The position numbers and the translations under genes were made by a program. Below are positions 28,035 to 40,996 of a DNA stretch of 64,000 nucleotides, in pieces. The DNA is taken from the NCBI GenBank assembly GCA_012295275.1, contig CM022671.1, positions 17,918,001-17,982,000 on the forward strand, written 5' to 3'. The notes under the pieces are model-generated. The model ran no database searches and was not told the origin of the DNA. It worked only from the letters and a program-made list of their open reading frames with translations. The first letter of the stretch is position 1, and every line of letters starts with the position of its first letter. The stretch comes from Chrysomallon squamiferum (lineage: Eukaryota > Animalia > Mollusca).

Positions 28035-30579
28035 CCAACAAACAACACCAAAAATACATTTATGGCTTTTCTCCAGCTCATCAGTCCTTTTGTAACAGCC
28101 ATATATTGATCAACGTGACGGCATTTTGACATTAAACATAAATCAAATAAAAATCATCTTGTAGTGTTGGCATTAAAATTGAGAACTTGTCTTTGCAGTG
28201 AAAGCCTAATGATGCAGCAGAGTAATCACAGGACATTACTGTAATGTTTGTGTTAAATTACTCTTAATGAACATCATTGGTATCACATGCCTCAGGATAC
28301 ACCGATATATCTCTTACTGATGATATTTTTCAAAAACATCTTATTTTAGTCTCGTTTTTTTGTTCTGTTTGTTTGTTTGTTTGGTATTCCAAAAAAAAAA
28401 AAAAAAAATTTAAAATCAGAAATATTTAGTTTGTTAAAAATATTTTGATTTAAAAAAGAGATTTATTTTGTTAAAATAAAAAAAGATTTATATTGTTAAA
28501 AATATTAAGATGAAAAGATACGTTTTCACTAAAGTATTAAATAAAAAGATTTGTTGTGTTAAATGCATTGAAATAAAAATATTTGTTAGAAGTTTTGAAA
28601 CAAAATAATTTAATTTGGCTAAATTTTATTATTTTTTAGTTTTAACACTAAAAATTTAAATATTTTTTTAATAATGTTAAAATTTATGAAAATATAAAGA
28701 TTTCATTCAAATTTCCTTTTCTATAAATAACAGTAATAATAACAATAACAGTAACTTTTACTTTAAAACAATGCCACACTACTGTTAACCCCCCCACAAT
28801 TTTACATAAATACAAATCAGAGAAACAGAAAAAAAACCCCTAAAACAAAGATCCTTCAGATGTTGTCTTTCAAGTCTCTATACCATCAAAATACACACAG
28901 CACGAGAGAGAGAGAGATAAAACAGAAAATAATTTTATCATGCTGACAGCTAGCTACAGGTATTTTTTAACAGTGAACTATGAACTTTAGCAAGCTGATA
29001 CTGAAAGGTCCCAAAAGGTTTCCACTTCTGCACTGTTCCGGTGTTTTCTGATTTCAACTCTACCCTCTGCTAACTAACCTTTGATTGTACATTAGTGAGA
29101 ACCCTCAGGTGGGATTTTCCCCTACACAGTCAAAATCCACTTTTATCACAATTAATTGCAACCAGCTAGCTACCAAAGAAAGAAAGAAAGAAAAGAAAAA
29201 AAAATGAACATGCAGCGAAAGGTCAAAAAATGACCAAGTATTTCAGTGTAAATAAGTTGAAAGTAACATGGTGACTCTGTGGATAACCATTATTTTCTGT
29301 TTATTTTTGTATTGGCTATTTCTGTAGATGTGTGTTTGTGTGTGTGTGTGTGTGAGGGGTGTGAGGATGTGGGTGTGAGGGAGTTGCAGGGTGTAAAGTA
29401 ACAAATGTTCATCTGTGTGTGTGTGTGTGTGTGTGTATGTTTATAATGAACACCAGATTGATTTTTGTTCAGAATGTATTAAAACTTTTTTATTCCTTTA
29501 ATTTTATAGACTTTTTTTTATAATTTTGTTTTTAAAATATAATATAAAAATTCCTCTGCTTTATAAAATGTTTGTCTAAAACACTTTTTACCACTGTACA
29601 CTTTAAAAAAAAATATATCAAAAACAGATTTTTACTGTTACATAATCTTTTTGAAAAAACTATATCAGAACTTCTTTTTAAAAAAAAAACTAATTAATAT
29701 AATCTTTTTCCTATATTAAATTTTTTTATTTTTTTTTTTTTTTTTTTTTTATATCTTTTTTTTTACCAGAGCCTCTTAAAGACATGGACATTCAAAAATC
29801 AAATTACCTGACTTTTTACATGACCTTTCCCCAATGGATTACAGCAGTGAAGAGAAAAAGGTACTTTAATTTACAAGCCAAATTCTATTTCTTTCATTGA
29901 TTTTCTTTCTACCAATATAATTTACATGATCTTGAATCAAATTTTATTACTTTCAATAACCACTCACTATGACACGATCATTTTCTTTTTTTAAGTTGTT
30001 TTTTTTCCTATAAATTGTTTTACTGAGCCTGAAAATTATTTGTAAAGAAATAAAATATATCTATATACATACATACATACATTAATAGATACATACAAAA
30101 GCAGATATTATAATGTAAAAAAAAATAAAACAAATAGAATGAAATAAATAAATAAATTAAAATATAAGAAATTCTTTGTTACTTTTCCAAATTTGTTTCA
30201 GTTTTATAGAAGCAAAATAATAAAATAAAATTTTTTTTTTTTTTTATCAGACACATAAAAAACAAAAATGAAATAATAATTTTAAAATATGACTATACCA
30301 TGTCTTAGCCAAATTTCCAGACAATTACAATAAATTTCACTTTTTTTTTTATTTTTATTTTTTAAACTTTTTAATTTAAACAAAAATAAATTCATTTTTT
30401 GTCTTTATCTCAACAGCTATCAAATATACAAACACAATGTTTCCTTTTAATGTAAAGAATTATTTTTAACAAAACACAGATAATTTCTAAATTTAAATAT
30501 CACTATAAAAGCCTGATTGTGTAACATGTATCATTCAGATTATGTTTACTGGCATTCTGTGGTTCAATGGCCAAGTACA

Positions 30580-30755
30580 GGCACACTGCAGTTCAATGGT
30601 TGTGCAATGGCCTGATATGTGACTGGTCACAAGATCAATTCCCAATAGTACCTCAATCAGTTGTGTTTCACATTCCAGCAACTGTTCCACAATGGTAAGA
30701 GATTTTGTTTTAATGAGAAGGTATACATTAATGACCACTTACTGCTAATAAAACC
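30580..30755 (+). mobile_element. Decayed SINE-like copy with possible tRNA-derived head
   Basis: It begins with A-box-like cagttcaatggt and B-box-like aagatcaattccc. These are followed by ttccagcaactgttccacaatgg and the family core atgagaaggtatacattaatgaccacttactgctaat. Confidence 0.5.
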
Positions 30756-31454
30756 TTTATTTACTTACCTTGTTTTATTTTTTATTATTTTTATTATTTT
30801 GTTGTTGTTATTACATATTGCCCAGTATGCTTTACTGCCTATGGTAATATCTATATAAAGGATTCATTACTGCTAATAAAAAATAAATTAAAAATTAAAA
30901 AAGTAGGAGCAATAAATTTTCTCTCTCATTAATTACCTGTATGGTTTCTAACCACAGGTGTGTGACATCAGTTAATGCCAAATTAAAATTCAGTCGTTCA
31001 TTCTTAAACATTTCTTCCTTCCTTCAAGATTATGTATAGTTATGTTCCTCAGATTACAGTTTTAAATATCTGAATCATTAACCTTTTTGTTACTATTGTC
31101 CTGTGATTTATCTGTTGATATCTGACATCTGGCTGTTAGGTATAGCTATTATAATTCACCCATGCATGTATGTACTTGATGAGGTGAAAAAATAGCTAGA
31201 ATATATTACAGCAATTACTCACTGGCCAATTAAACATGTATTGGAATGGCAGCCTGTTTGCAATATAATACAAGTGCATAAAAATAAAAATTAAAACTTG
31301 TTACTTTTTGTTTAAATAACTCAACAACCACCTAAACTGTGCTGGAGTTAGCTTTATTATAAACTGCTGCTGTTGTTGTTGTTGTTGTTATTACTATTAT
31401 TATTATCATTGTTGTTACCATAATTATTATTATTGTTGGTGGTGTTGTTATTGG

Positions 31455-31491
<37 letters not shown>

Positions 31492-33819
31492 GTTATTATT
31501 ATTATTATAGTTGTAGTAATAGTAGTTGTAGAAGTAGTAGCAGTAGTAGAAGTTAACAGATGTTGCAAAAGTAGTGGTAATAGTAGTAGTAGTAGCACAG
31601 GTAGTGGTGGAATTATTATTAGCAGTAGTTGAAGTAGTTGTTGTTGTATATAGTAGTAGTATTAGTAAAACACTGTAATTTAAGTTTATATATTTTTTTT
31701 TCCTTCCTTCCTTTCCTTCTTCTTTTTATTTTTTTTTTTTTCATATTTTACAACCACCAAAGTATAATATCTTTTTTTCCCAATATCACTGAAGTCATAT
31801 TAATAATCTATTTTTAAAACAAAAAAACAATAAGACTGTAATTTTTTTTATAATCTATAAAATGTCAAATAAATCAGACACATTAATGTGCTGACCAATG
31901 GCACAGAAAAAAGGACAGCTTTCAAGCTGCAAAACATCAGCAAAAAAACCTAAAAAAGAAACAACGTCCAAGGCCAAAAGTTTTTATTGTTTGATGACCA
32001 TAAAAAAAAAAAAAAAACATGTTCAAAGGTGGCATGAAAAGAGCATGCATGAATTGCTTATTAGGAAATGAGAAAACTGCAGCTTGCACCGACAAAGCTA
32101 ACCCGTGGGCTTATTTTCACTTTCTTCACACTGAAGTAATAATTATCCTCAAGGCAGAATAAACATCGTATCTTTTACAGTTACGTGCCCTTTTAAGAGC
32201 TTTTTTGTCAAGCAAGGTGGAATATGAAAGCTTTTTCAGTATTCACGGTAAAACGAAGACACATTAAACAAAAAATAATAATAATAATAATGAAAAGGAA
32301 AAATAAAATAAAAGAGAATTATTTTCTCCATGGTGAATTAAAAATTAGTGTGTTGGTACATTTATGTAGAAAGTGATTTATTAATTTTTTACATAAAAAT
32401 GGATTATTAGAAAAATATTTTTATTAACAGTAATTTTCTTAATATATTTTTGGGCAAGTTAGGTCGTAAATCAATATCCATCGTATGAAAATGCGCTGAA
32501 TGTGAAAGATATCAATTATTTTGTCCACTAAAGTCAAACATGCATGAAAAATATTGAAAAATATGAAGCTTATTGGGTTTTCTGTGTTCATCTTAAATAA
32601 TGTTTGAGACTATCAATGTCTAATTAGGAGGCAAGAAAGAAAAGATGAAATTTTGATTGTGAAAAAAACCTCTTAGATTTTTTATTTAACTGTTCAAATG
32701 ATTTTTTAATACATTTTGAGTGAGCTAATTAAAAGATGTAAATGTTTCATAAAAATGTTTTTTTCTTGGAAATTCAAACATAATAATAATAATATCTAAA
32801 GTAATAATAATAATATCTAAAGTAATAGCTGTAATAATAATGCTAATAAAAGGGTGAATATCTAAAAATGATTACAAACTAATTAGATCAGCTAAAAGAT
32901 TAGAGTATATTTTAAAATCTGATGTTCAGTAAACACTTACATACATAATACTAACAAAAACCAATGTACACAAGAATCACACACACACACAAAAATATAA
33001 ATGTATTTTCACCATATAAAAATACACACTCACTGACAGGTATAGACATGAAAATACACTTTTTAACAAACATACATACATACATACATACATATACATA
33101 CATACATCTACACAAACACATATATACATACATATATTATATACACAAGTTCACAGACACTCATGCATTCTTGTAAACATGCAGTAACACATACATAATA
33201 CAACAAACCTTACACAAATCATACAAAATCATAACCCAATTACACAAGTGCTTTTAACACATATCACTGAGCCAAACAACTCTAAATAATCAATGTACAA
33301 TAACTTAATTATTACCATGCAAAGAAAAATACAGAAATATTGTTATTCAAGTAAATTGATACATTAATTTACCCTGCAATCACTGTATATAGTGGAAAGA
33401 CATGATGACCAGATATAGTTCTGTATTTCTAACCAGACAAAAAATATAATGAACAGTTATATTGGCTTCAATTAATTACTTGTTATATATTACTTGTTTC
33501 ATATATTTGCTGTTTACAGCTACTTTTTAATGTTTAAATGCTGTTTTATATCTTGTAATATGATCTTAAAAATGATTTAAAAAAAAATAATAAGTACCTG
33601 TTATTATTTAAGACTATTATTTTTGTTTTGATGTTTAGTTTTTGTAAGTGACAATGAAATCAATATGCATGAATCAGCTACTCTTGAGAAATAAAACATT
33701 TAATTTAATTTTTTTTTTTTAATATTTAGGATTGCAGGATAAAAATAATAACTGGTTACTCCCTATTTAAATTATATTCATATAAAATATTTTATCAAAC
33801 AAAATCATTTTATTAAACT

Positions 33820-34440
33820 AAACTGGTCTATTTGTGTTAGTTTTTATTCAAGTGACTGTTTTATTCAAGAACATTTTATTCTAATGTACTGCTTTATTCA
33901 TGTAAACTATTTTAATCAAGCAAATGTTTTATTTATGTAAATTCTTAACTGAAATAAAATTATTTTATTTGTGTAATCTGTTTTATTTAAGCATTTTTTT
34001 AATATAAACTTTCATTCAAGTACAACTGTTGTATTTAAGTATACCATTTATTCCTGTAATCTGTTTTATTTATTTAAATTGTTCCATTTAAGTACACTAT
34101 TTTATTCCTGTAAACTATTCTATTTGTGTAAACTGTTGTATTTAATATACTATTCTATTCATGTAACCTGTTTTTTTATATATAAACTGTTGTATTTAAG
34201 TCAACTATTCTATTCATGTAACCTGTTATATTTAAGTCAACTATTCTATTCATGTAACCTGTTATATTTGTGTAAACTGCTGTGTTTAAGTGTACTATTT
34301 TATTCACATAACCTGTTTTATTTGTGTAAAATTTTTATTTAAGTATACCATTTTATTCACGTTAACTTTTTTCATTCATGTAACCTGTTTTATTTGTGTA
34401 AATTGCTGTGTTTAAGTACTTTATTCATGTAAACTGTCTT
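33820..34440. repeat. About 20/40-bp degenerate AT-rich minisatellite
   Basis: Recurrent ctgtt(t/g)tattt(g/a)(t/a)gt… and ctattctattcatgtaac. This explains ORF 34079-34342. Confidence 0.9.
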
Positions 34441-34688
34441 GTTGTTTTGTTTCATTGATCTGTACTGGAGACTGGTTTCCAGGAAGCTGTTTGAATCCAA
34501 TACAAGATGTCAGCAATTACCTAACATCTGTTTTTTTCATGAAAACTTGAAACAATCTGTCAATAACACAAATAATGAGAGAAAACAGGAAAAAAATTGT
34601 AAAGGAAAAAAGGAATAATAGATTATTATCTCCCCAGAAAATATATTTATAAATAAACAAAATAAAATAAATATTATTCTTCTTCTTG

Positions 34689-34739
<51 letters not shown>

Positions 34740-35392
34740 TATTTATTCTATGTATGTTTCCAGTATTCTCTTTTTAATTATAATATTATATCATCTTATG
34801 ATAATTTTAAAATAATAACATAATAATAACATTAGAAGCAGTGGTATTAATAATATGAGAAGAACAATTAGTAGTAGTAGTAGTAGTAGTAGTAATAATA
34901 TAGTAGTAGTAGTAGTAATAATCATAATAATGAAAATAATACTTAATTTTTTTTTTTTGATCTATGGTTTCATTGAACTGATTTTTAAATTTTTATACGG
35001 ATAATGATCAGAATAAAATAGATAAATTTAATAGTTCAATACTTCTGGTATTCCTGCAGTATAATGTATGTTTCTTCCAAGTTACTGATAATTTTGACAA
35101 TGATGGATATAACTGTCAAGTTTCTTGGATGCAAACCATAATTCTTAGTTCTAGAAATCTTTCAGTTTATGACATAAGAGAAATAATAATTTTAGTCTTT
35201 CTTGCTGTCTCATTCAATCTCCCACTATTGGCCTCTATTCATATTTTTCTAACTCTCTTTTTCTTAAGCTAGTATATTTTATTTATCTGTATATTCACTG
35301 GATCTAGCTTTTACTTTGACCATATGTCAGTTTCTGATCTCTCTGTCTGATATTCTGCCTTTCTGTTTGCATATCTTTCTTTGTCAGTTCCA

Positions 35393-35393
<1 letters not shown>

Positions 35394-35453
<60 letters not shown>

Positions 35454-35528
35454 CCCTCCCTCCTCCCTCCCTCCCTCTCTCTCTCCCTCCCTCTCCCTCT
35501 CCCTCTCCCTCTCCCTCTCCCTCTCTTT
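35394..35528. repeat. Homopyrimidine tract: (CT)n followed by (CTCC)n/(CTCCCT)n
   Basis: About 135 nt containing only C and T on the plus strand. Confidence 0.95.
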
Positions 35529-36214
35529 GAGTATATCTGGTTTGATCGCATTTCTGACAATCTGCACTCAGGAAAACACACTAACTTGACCTGTACAAAT
35601 CAAACACTTCTGCTGGTAGTATTGTTTCCATTGTGTTATGAACTGTGGCAATCTGAGAACATGTCTACTGACTGCTTACTGAAACTCACTGGCACCAGTG
35701 GATAGAGCAGGTTTTTAAAAACATGTACAATCAATCAACACATCTAGACAACTTATATGTAGTCTTATTATTATTATTATTATTATTATTATTTTATTAT
35801 TTTGTTTATTTGTGCACATGTGTGTATGTGTGAGTGTATATGTATGTGGATGTGTGTGTGTGTGTTTGTGTGTGTACATTTCTATTTGTGTCTTTGTTTC
35901 TTTCTCTTTTTTACCTTTCATCTTTCTTCTTTGAAAAAAGAACAACAGAACCAGTATTTCTGTAAGTATACCTTACAACAAAATGAAATTAACTGAAAAA
36001 CAGTTAGGAATGATTTTTACCATTTGACTGCAAGAAAATAATTTGTGATAATTCAACAACAATTTTCTAAAATGGATATAACATTACAGATGGATTTCTA
36101 ATTAATTTGCACCAAAAATGTTTGTAGAAACATTAGCATTAATCAATCTATGAAGGAAAAATTTAGATTCTTGATAAAGAAAATGGAATAGTTTGGACAC
36201 GAGCATTTGAATTC

Positions 36215-36700
36215 AATTATGACATACATTGTGTTCCATATTTGATTATATAGCCATTTCCACTAGGTTTTAAAATATTTCATATTGGATCTTATGGTCA
36301 ATTCCAGTGTTTCAGATTGTTTCATATTGGTTTTATATGTTTAGTTCCACTATGTTTCACTTTGTTTTATTCTTGAAGAAAATGGTCAACCCCACTTTGT
36401 TCCAAATTGTTTCATTACACTGTCATTTCCTGTATGTTTCAAACTGTTTCACATTTGACATAAAAGGTCAATTCCAGACTGTTTCATGTTTGATGACATA
36501 GTCATTTCTAGAATGTTTTATACTGATTCACATCTGATTATATGGTCTTTTCCACTATGTTTCAAACAGTTTCCCCATGTTTGATTGATTATATGGTCAT
36601 TTCCGCCATGTTTCAGTTTGTTTCCTATCAGATTAAACACTCAGTTCCACTATGTTTCAGACTGTTTCACATTTGATCTCAGGTGGTCATTTCTACTTAC
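36215..36700. repeat. About 44-bp degenerate minisatellite
   Basis: Recurrent tatggtca(a/t)ttccactatgtttca(g/a)a(t/c)tgtttcacatttga. Confidence 0.85.
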
Positions 36701-36929
36701 TAATAATATTTACATACAGGCAGTGCACAAAACTTTTAGTCAATTAACCTGGTTCAGTGTGCCAGAGATGACAGGTGTGTTTCTAAGACAAACAGAGGCC
36801 ATGAATTGTTTTCAATACTCAGCAAAAAATAAACTAAAAAAAAAATGTGCAGGTAATTACTGTAAAGGCATTTGTGGAACCAAAATACAGGCTTTTGTGG
36901 AACAAAGCAAATAAGACACATGGATATAT

Positions 36930-37203
36930 CATACAAAAAACACTAGTTCTAAAAAAAATGGTGTCAGATATGTGGAAAGATTTAATGCAGTGGATAGAAT
37001 AAATGACTGATACACAAAAGCTGTGCTTGTTTCCCACATGACAGTGATACAATTAATAATAAACACTGAAATACAACATGAAAAACACTAGTTGCAACAA
37101 AAAAAAACAATGTCAAATATATGGAAAGATTTAATGTGGTGGACAGAATGACTGATGTACAGAAGACTATGAAGTGTCCCTCATGACAATGATACAGCTA
37201 ATG
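36930..37203. repeat. About 145-bp direct tandem duplication
   Basis: aaaaacactagtt…tgtca(g/a)atat(g/a)tggaaagatttaatg…tgactgat…catgaca(g/a)tgataca occurs twice. Confidence 0.9.
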
Positions 37204-38137
37204 TGTTAGGTAGTGAGACAATAAAAAATATGAACAATGATAGAGCTTCAGAAAGAATGTATTGATGATAATGAATAAAATATTTTGATGGGATAAAGAG
37301 AATAAGTTTGTCTTTCTACAAATAAAGTGGTTGCCCTTGATAATATGTTTTTGTGTCAGTTCTTCTAAAATGGAAAAACAGAGAAACACAATATCGAAAC
37401 AAAAATGTTACAAGCAAATATAAAGAAAACCAAGAAATTATATATATATATAAAAAAAAATTACATATATATATATATATTTGATTTAGAATCTACTTTA
37501 TTTCCCACATCTCAAATAACAAACATTTTCCTTTTTTTTTGTTAAAATTATATTACTTTATTTTATTATATATGGGGCCTTAGTTTTCTTAAACAAGAAA
37601 AAAAAAATAATAATAATACTAAATCATAGCGTATCTTAGTTTGCCAATATCTGAAATATTTTGGTTATGGCAACTTTTTGTTTTATTTTATTTTCATTTC
37701 ATTCATTCATGTGACAAACAATCAATAAATTTTGAATAAATCATAAAACAAAAATCACATTTTGAGGCCAGCATTCCATTTCTCATTAAATAATTTATAT
37801 GAAGCAAACGTCTAATATCAAAGAGCTGCAAACTGATAAACTGAACAAACATGGAAATGAAAACAGGAATGAAAGAAAGAGAGAGTGAATGAAATAAAAA
37901 AAGAAAAGGAAAACAAACAAAAAGAAAAATGAAAGAAAAAACAAGAAAGAAGGAAAGAAAAATAATGAAAAATTATTTTAAAAAAGAAACAAATTATTAA
38001 AATATTAACTTATAAAAATAAAAAATACAACCATAAAAAGAAAGCAAAAAGAAAAATAGAAGAAAAACTATTTAAAATAATCCTTTTCAAAGACAGTCAG
38101 CCTGATTTAAAGAAAGGATGAAATATAATTTTAAAAA

Positions 38138-38168
<31 letters not shown>

Positions 38169-38437
38169 AAAATAGTATTTTGTTTTAACATAATTTGAAA
38201 GAAAGAAAAAAAGTTTTATCTGGGTACAATTATTGTTATGCAAACACTTGAAACTCATTAAGAGTATTAACACAACCTGTGGTGAACTCACACACAAAAC
38301 AAATTAAATAACGCACAAGTTTCCAGTTAACCTAGAAAATCACCAAGATCTTTATCCTGAACTTACTTTGTCTGTGTCAGTTTTAAATTAATTCTTTTCT
38401 CTCCCTTTTTTTTTTTTTTTTTTTTTTTTTCTTCTTC

Positions 38438-38468
<31 letters not shown>

Positions 38469-38959
38469 TGTGGAGATTTTCTTTAGTTTATTCTGAGGAT
38501 TTCTTTGGGTAGGGATATTTTTGGTTGTTATTTTTTTCCCTTTTCTTCTTGTTCTTCTATTTATTTTATTATTATTATTATTATTATTTTTAATTATTTG
38601 GTCTTTTCTTTTAATTTTTTGCTTTTTTGTAGGTTTTCATTTGTTTGTTTTTGCCTTCTTTAATTATTATTTAGCTTTTTCTTTTTAGTCTCTTAATGTT
38701 TCCTTACTGATTATAAAATAATCTATACATGACTTTTTCGCACTGAAAAGTTAAAATATTTGTACCAAATTCACCTCCTGAAACAAAGCAACAACATACA
38801 ATAATGAAAAAAAAAAAAATATATATATATATATATATAACCTTAAAGTCATCCGGTTGGGCTATCAGTTCTCAAAGATGAAGACCTGACCTAATCAAAA
38901 TGCTCTACAGATATTTGAAAAAAAAAAAAACAAATTGAAAAAAAAAAAAATGTCAAATC

Positions 38960-39540
38960 AGTTTACTGCCTGGAGCTAGATGAAATAATAGAAAACATGA
39001 CTTGGACAAGTGTTTGGAAACCTCTTAGTTGAAGACAGGTACTGACAGACACACAGACAGGCTGCAGCATCTCGTGGGCCTCTATCTCGAGTGTCTGTCC
39101 TCGTGGACAGGGGCTGCTGTAGCAGTGGTTGAAGTGGGCCCTCAAGTGACAATTATTGCTGACACAGCACTTGACACCAGCCAATTGGAAGAAGCAATCT
39201 ATTCTCAATGAGGCCGCCGCTTCCAGAACCACCAATTACACACTGCAAGCAGAATGGCTTCCAATTTGTACGCTTTCGTAACGACTGGCAAATGAAGAAA
39301 AAAATTAGCAAACCAGCAGGGTCTGTACTCTGAACTTATTTCTACACGAATTGAACATTTTTTTATTTTTTTTTTTTTTTTTTTTAAAGTCAAAATGGAA
39401 AAAAAAAAGAAGACAAAAATTGAGATTTTTAACAAGCCACTGCCCGGAATCTAAGTTCCGGTGAGGAAAGCAGCAATTGAGGAAGCAAATCTCAGCAAGA
39501 TGCTTTTATTCCACTCTGAAAACCAATTAAGACTATTGGT
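38960..39540. promoter_or_regulatory. GC-rich putative regulatory island
   Basis: Among the most GC-rich stretches of the window. About 8 CpG in 39060-39290, TCAAGTG on both strands and several CCAAT. Confidence 0.4.
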
Positions 39541-40069
39541 AATCTAAAAAAAAAATCCATTTACTGATATTCTAGCATGATACTGCATCATTTTCCATCA
39601 TGTTAAATCATGTCCTTCAGTATAAAAACCACCAACATTTCACATCATTATATACACTGCTATCAAGCACTCAACATAAATGACTGTTATAAATATTTGA
39701 ATATGATATGATATGACCTCTGGGATTAAATCTTAATGAAACAGAATGATACGCCAAATAAATGTTAAATAAAAGATTTATCTGCAAAATACTTACTTGG
39801 ATTTTTACAGTAGATTTTAACAGATCTTTGCGGTGACATAAAAAAATTAATTTACAGTTATGTAGAAAAAGCATGCTAAGATAATAAAGAGTCATTTCAG
39901 ATACAGATTTTTTATTAGGTTTTTTTTAAATCTATTTATTTCATTTTGATTTAGTTTTATTTAAAATTAATAGGAACAACAACAACAACAAAAAAATTAT
40001 AGGAAGAAATGTCTCATTCAGTGATACATTTGACATTATGTAGTATTGTTTTGTATCATATATTTTTAA

Positions 40070-40255
40070 TGTATCATACATTATCTAGTCATATACTGTA
40101 ACATGCATATTATAAAGGCCACACATTATCTAGTGTTGTACTGATCATATTATGGGCCACACATTATCTAATGTTGTATAGTATCATGTATTATTAAGGG
40201 CCACACATCATCTAGTGTTGTAATATATCACATTAAGAGCCACAAATTTTCTATT
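40070..40255. repeat. About 41-bp tandem repeat, 4-5 copies
   Basis: Recurrent ggccacacattatcta(g/a)tgttgta. Confidence 0.9.
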
Positions 40256-40409
40256 TATCTTTAAAGCAAGTACACATTATCAAGCATGTGCTCTATCATC
40301 CCTATCATTAAAGGCTTTGCAAATAATGAAAGCAGATGTCAGCTACCACCATAAAATGGGCTAGGTTTCGGACATTCTCCAAAAGTCATCTATTTTTTTT
40401 GCATTTTCT

Positions 40410-40570
40410 TTCAGCACTGGTTGTAATGGAAAAAGTCACAGTTGTTGGTGTTTTTCTGTTTATGAGAAGGTTCACATAAATGATCTCTTACTGCTCAAAA
40501 AGAGAGGTCACTGCATTACAGCAGAAAATTTCCTTTCTCATTATATGAACAGTCCCGAACCAACAAAACA
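40410..40570 (+). mobile_element. Decayed copy of a dispersed SINE-like family
   Basis: The core 40456-40495 (ctgtttatgagaaggttcacataaatgatctcttactgct) matches the reverse complement of 50855-50894 at 35/40 and resembles 30705-30750, 25665-25705 and 63650-63672. Confidence 0.6.
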
Positions 40571-40964
40571 ATACCACAGATTAAAAATGTTTGGTACTGA
40601 ATAAAACAGTTAAATAAAATAGAAAAATACTGCACTTTTAAGTTAAATTTCTAACTTTCTTTCTTTGCACAATACATCATTAAAAAGTAATTACAGTCAC
40701 TGGCACTTTTCATTTGTTAAAACTGCAAAGAACACAAAGCCATGATGTGCAGCTGCTTCAGTGAAGTTGTATCACATTATGAAGACTATAAAAGTCGAGG
40801 TAATAAAAACCGTATTACATTTAGTATCAAAAGGATAAAAATTGAAAGCCAATAAAAAGCATTTTGGAATTACAATGAGATTTCTTTTTATTCTCTTTTT
40901 TTTTTTTTTTTTTAAATGTTTTATTCTTTTTAAAAATAAATTTCAGAATGAGAAAGATTTTCAG

Positions 40965-40996
<32 letters not shown>

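Noticed and set aside
38963-39235. Overlapping 60-90-aa ORFs in the GC-rich island as a nested gene
   Set aside because: Non-ATG starts, no recognisable domain and no coherent splice signals. Openness is explained by the higher GC.
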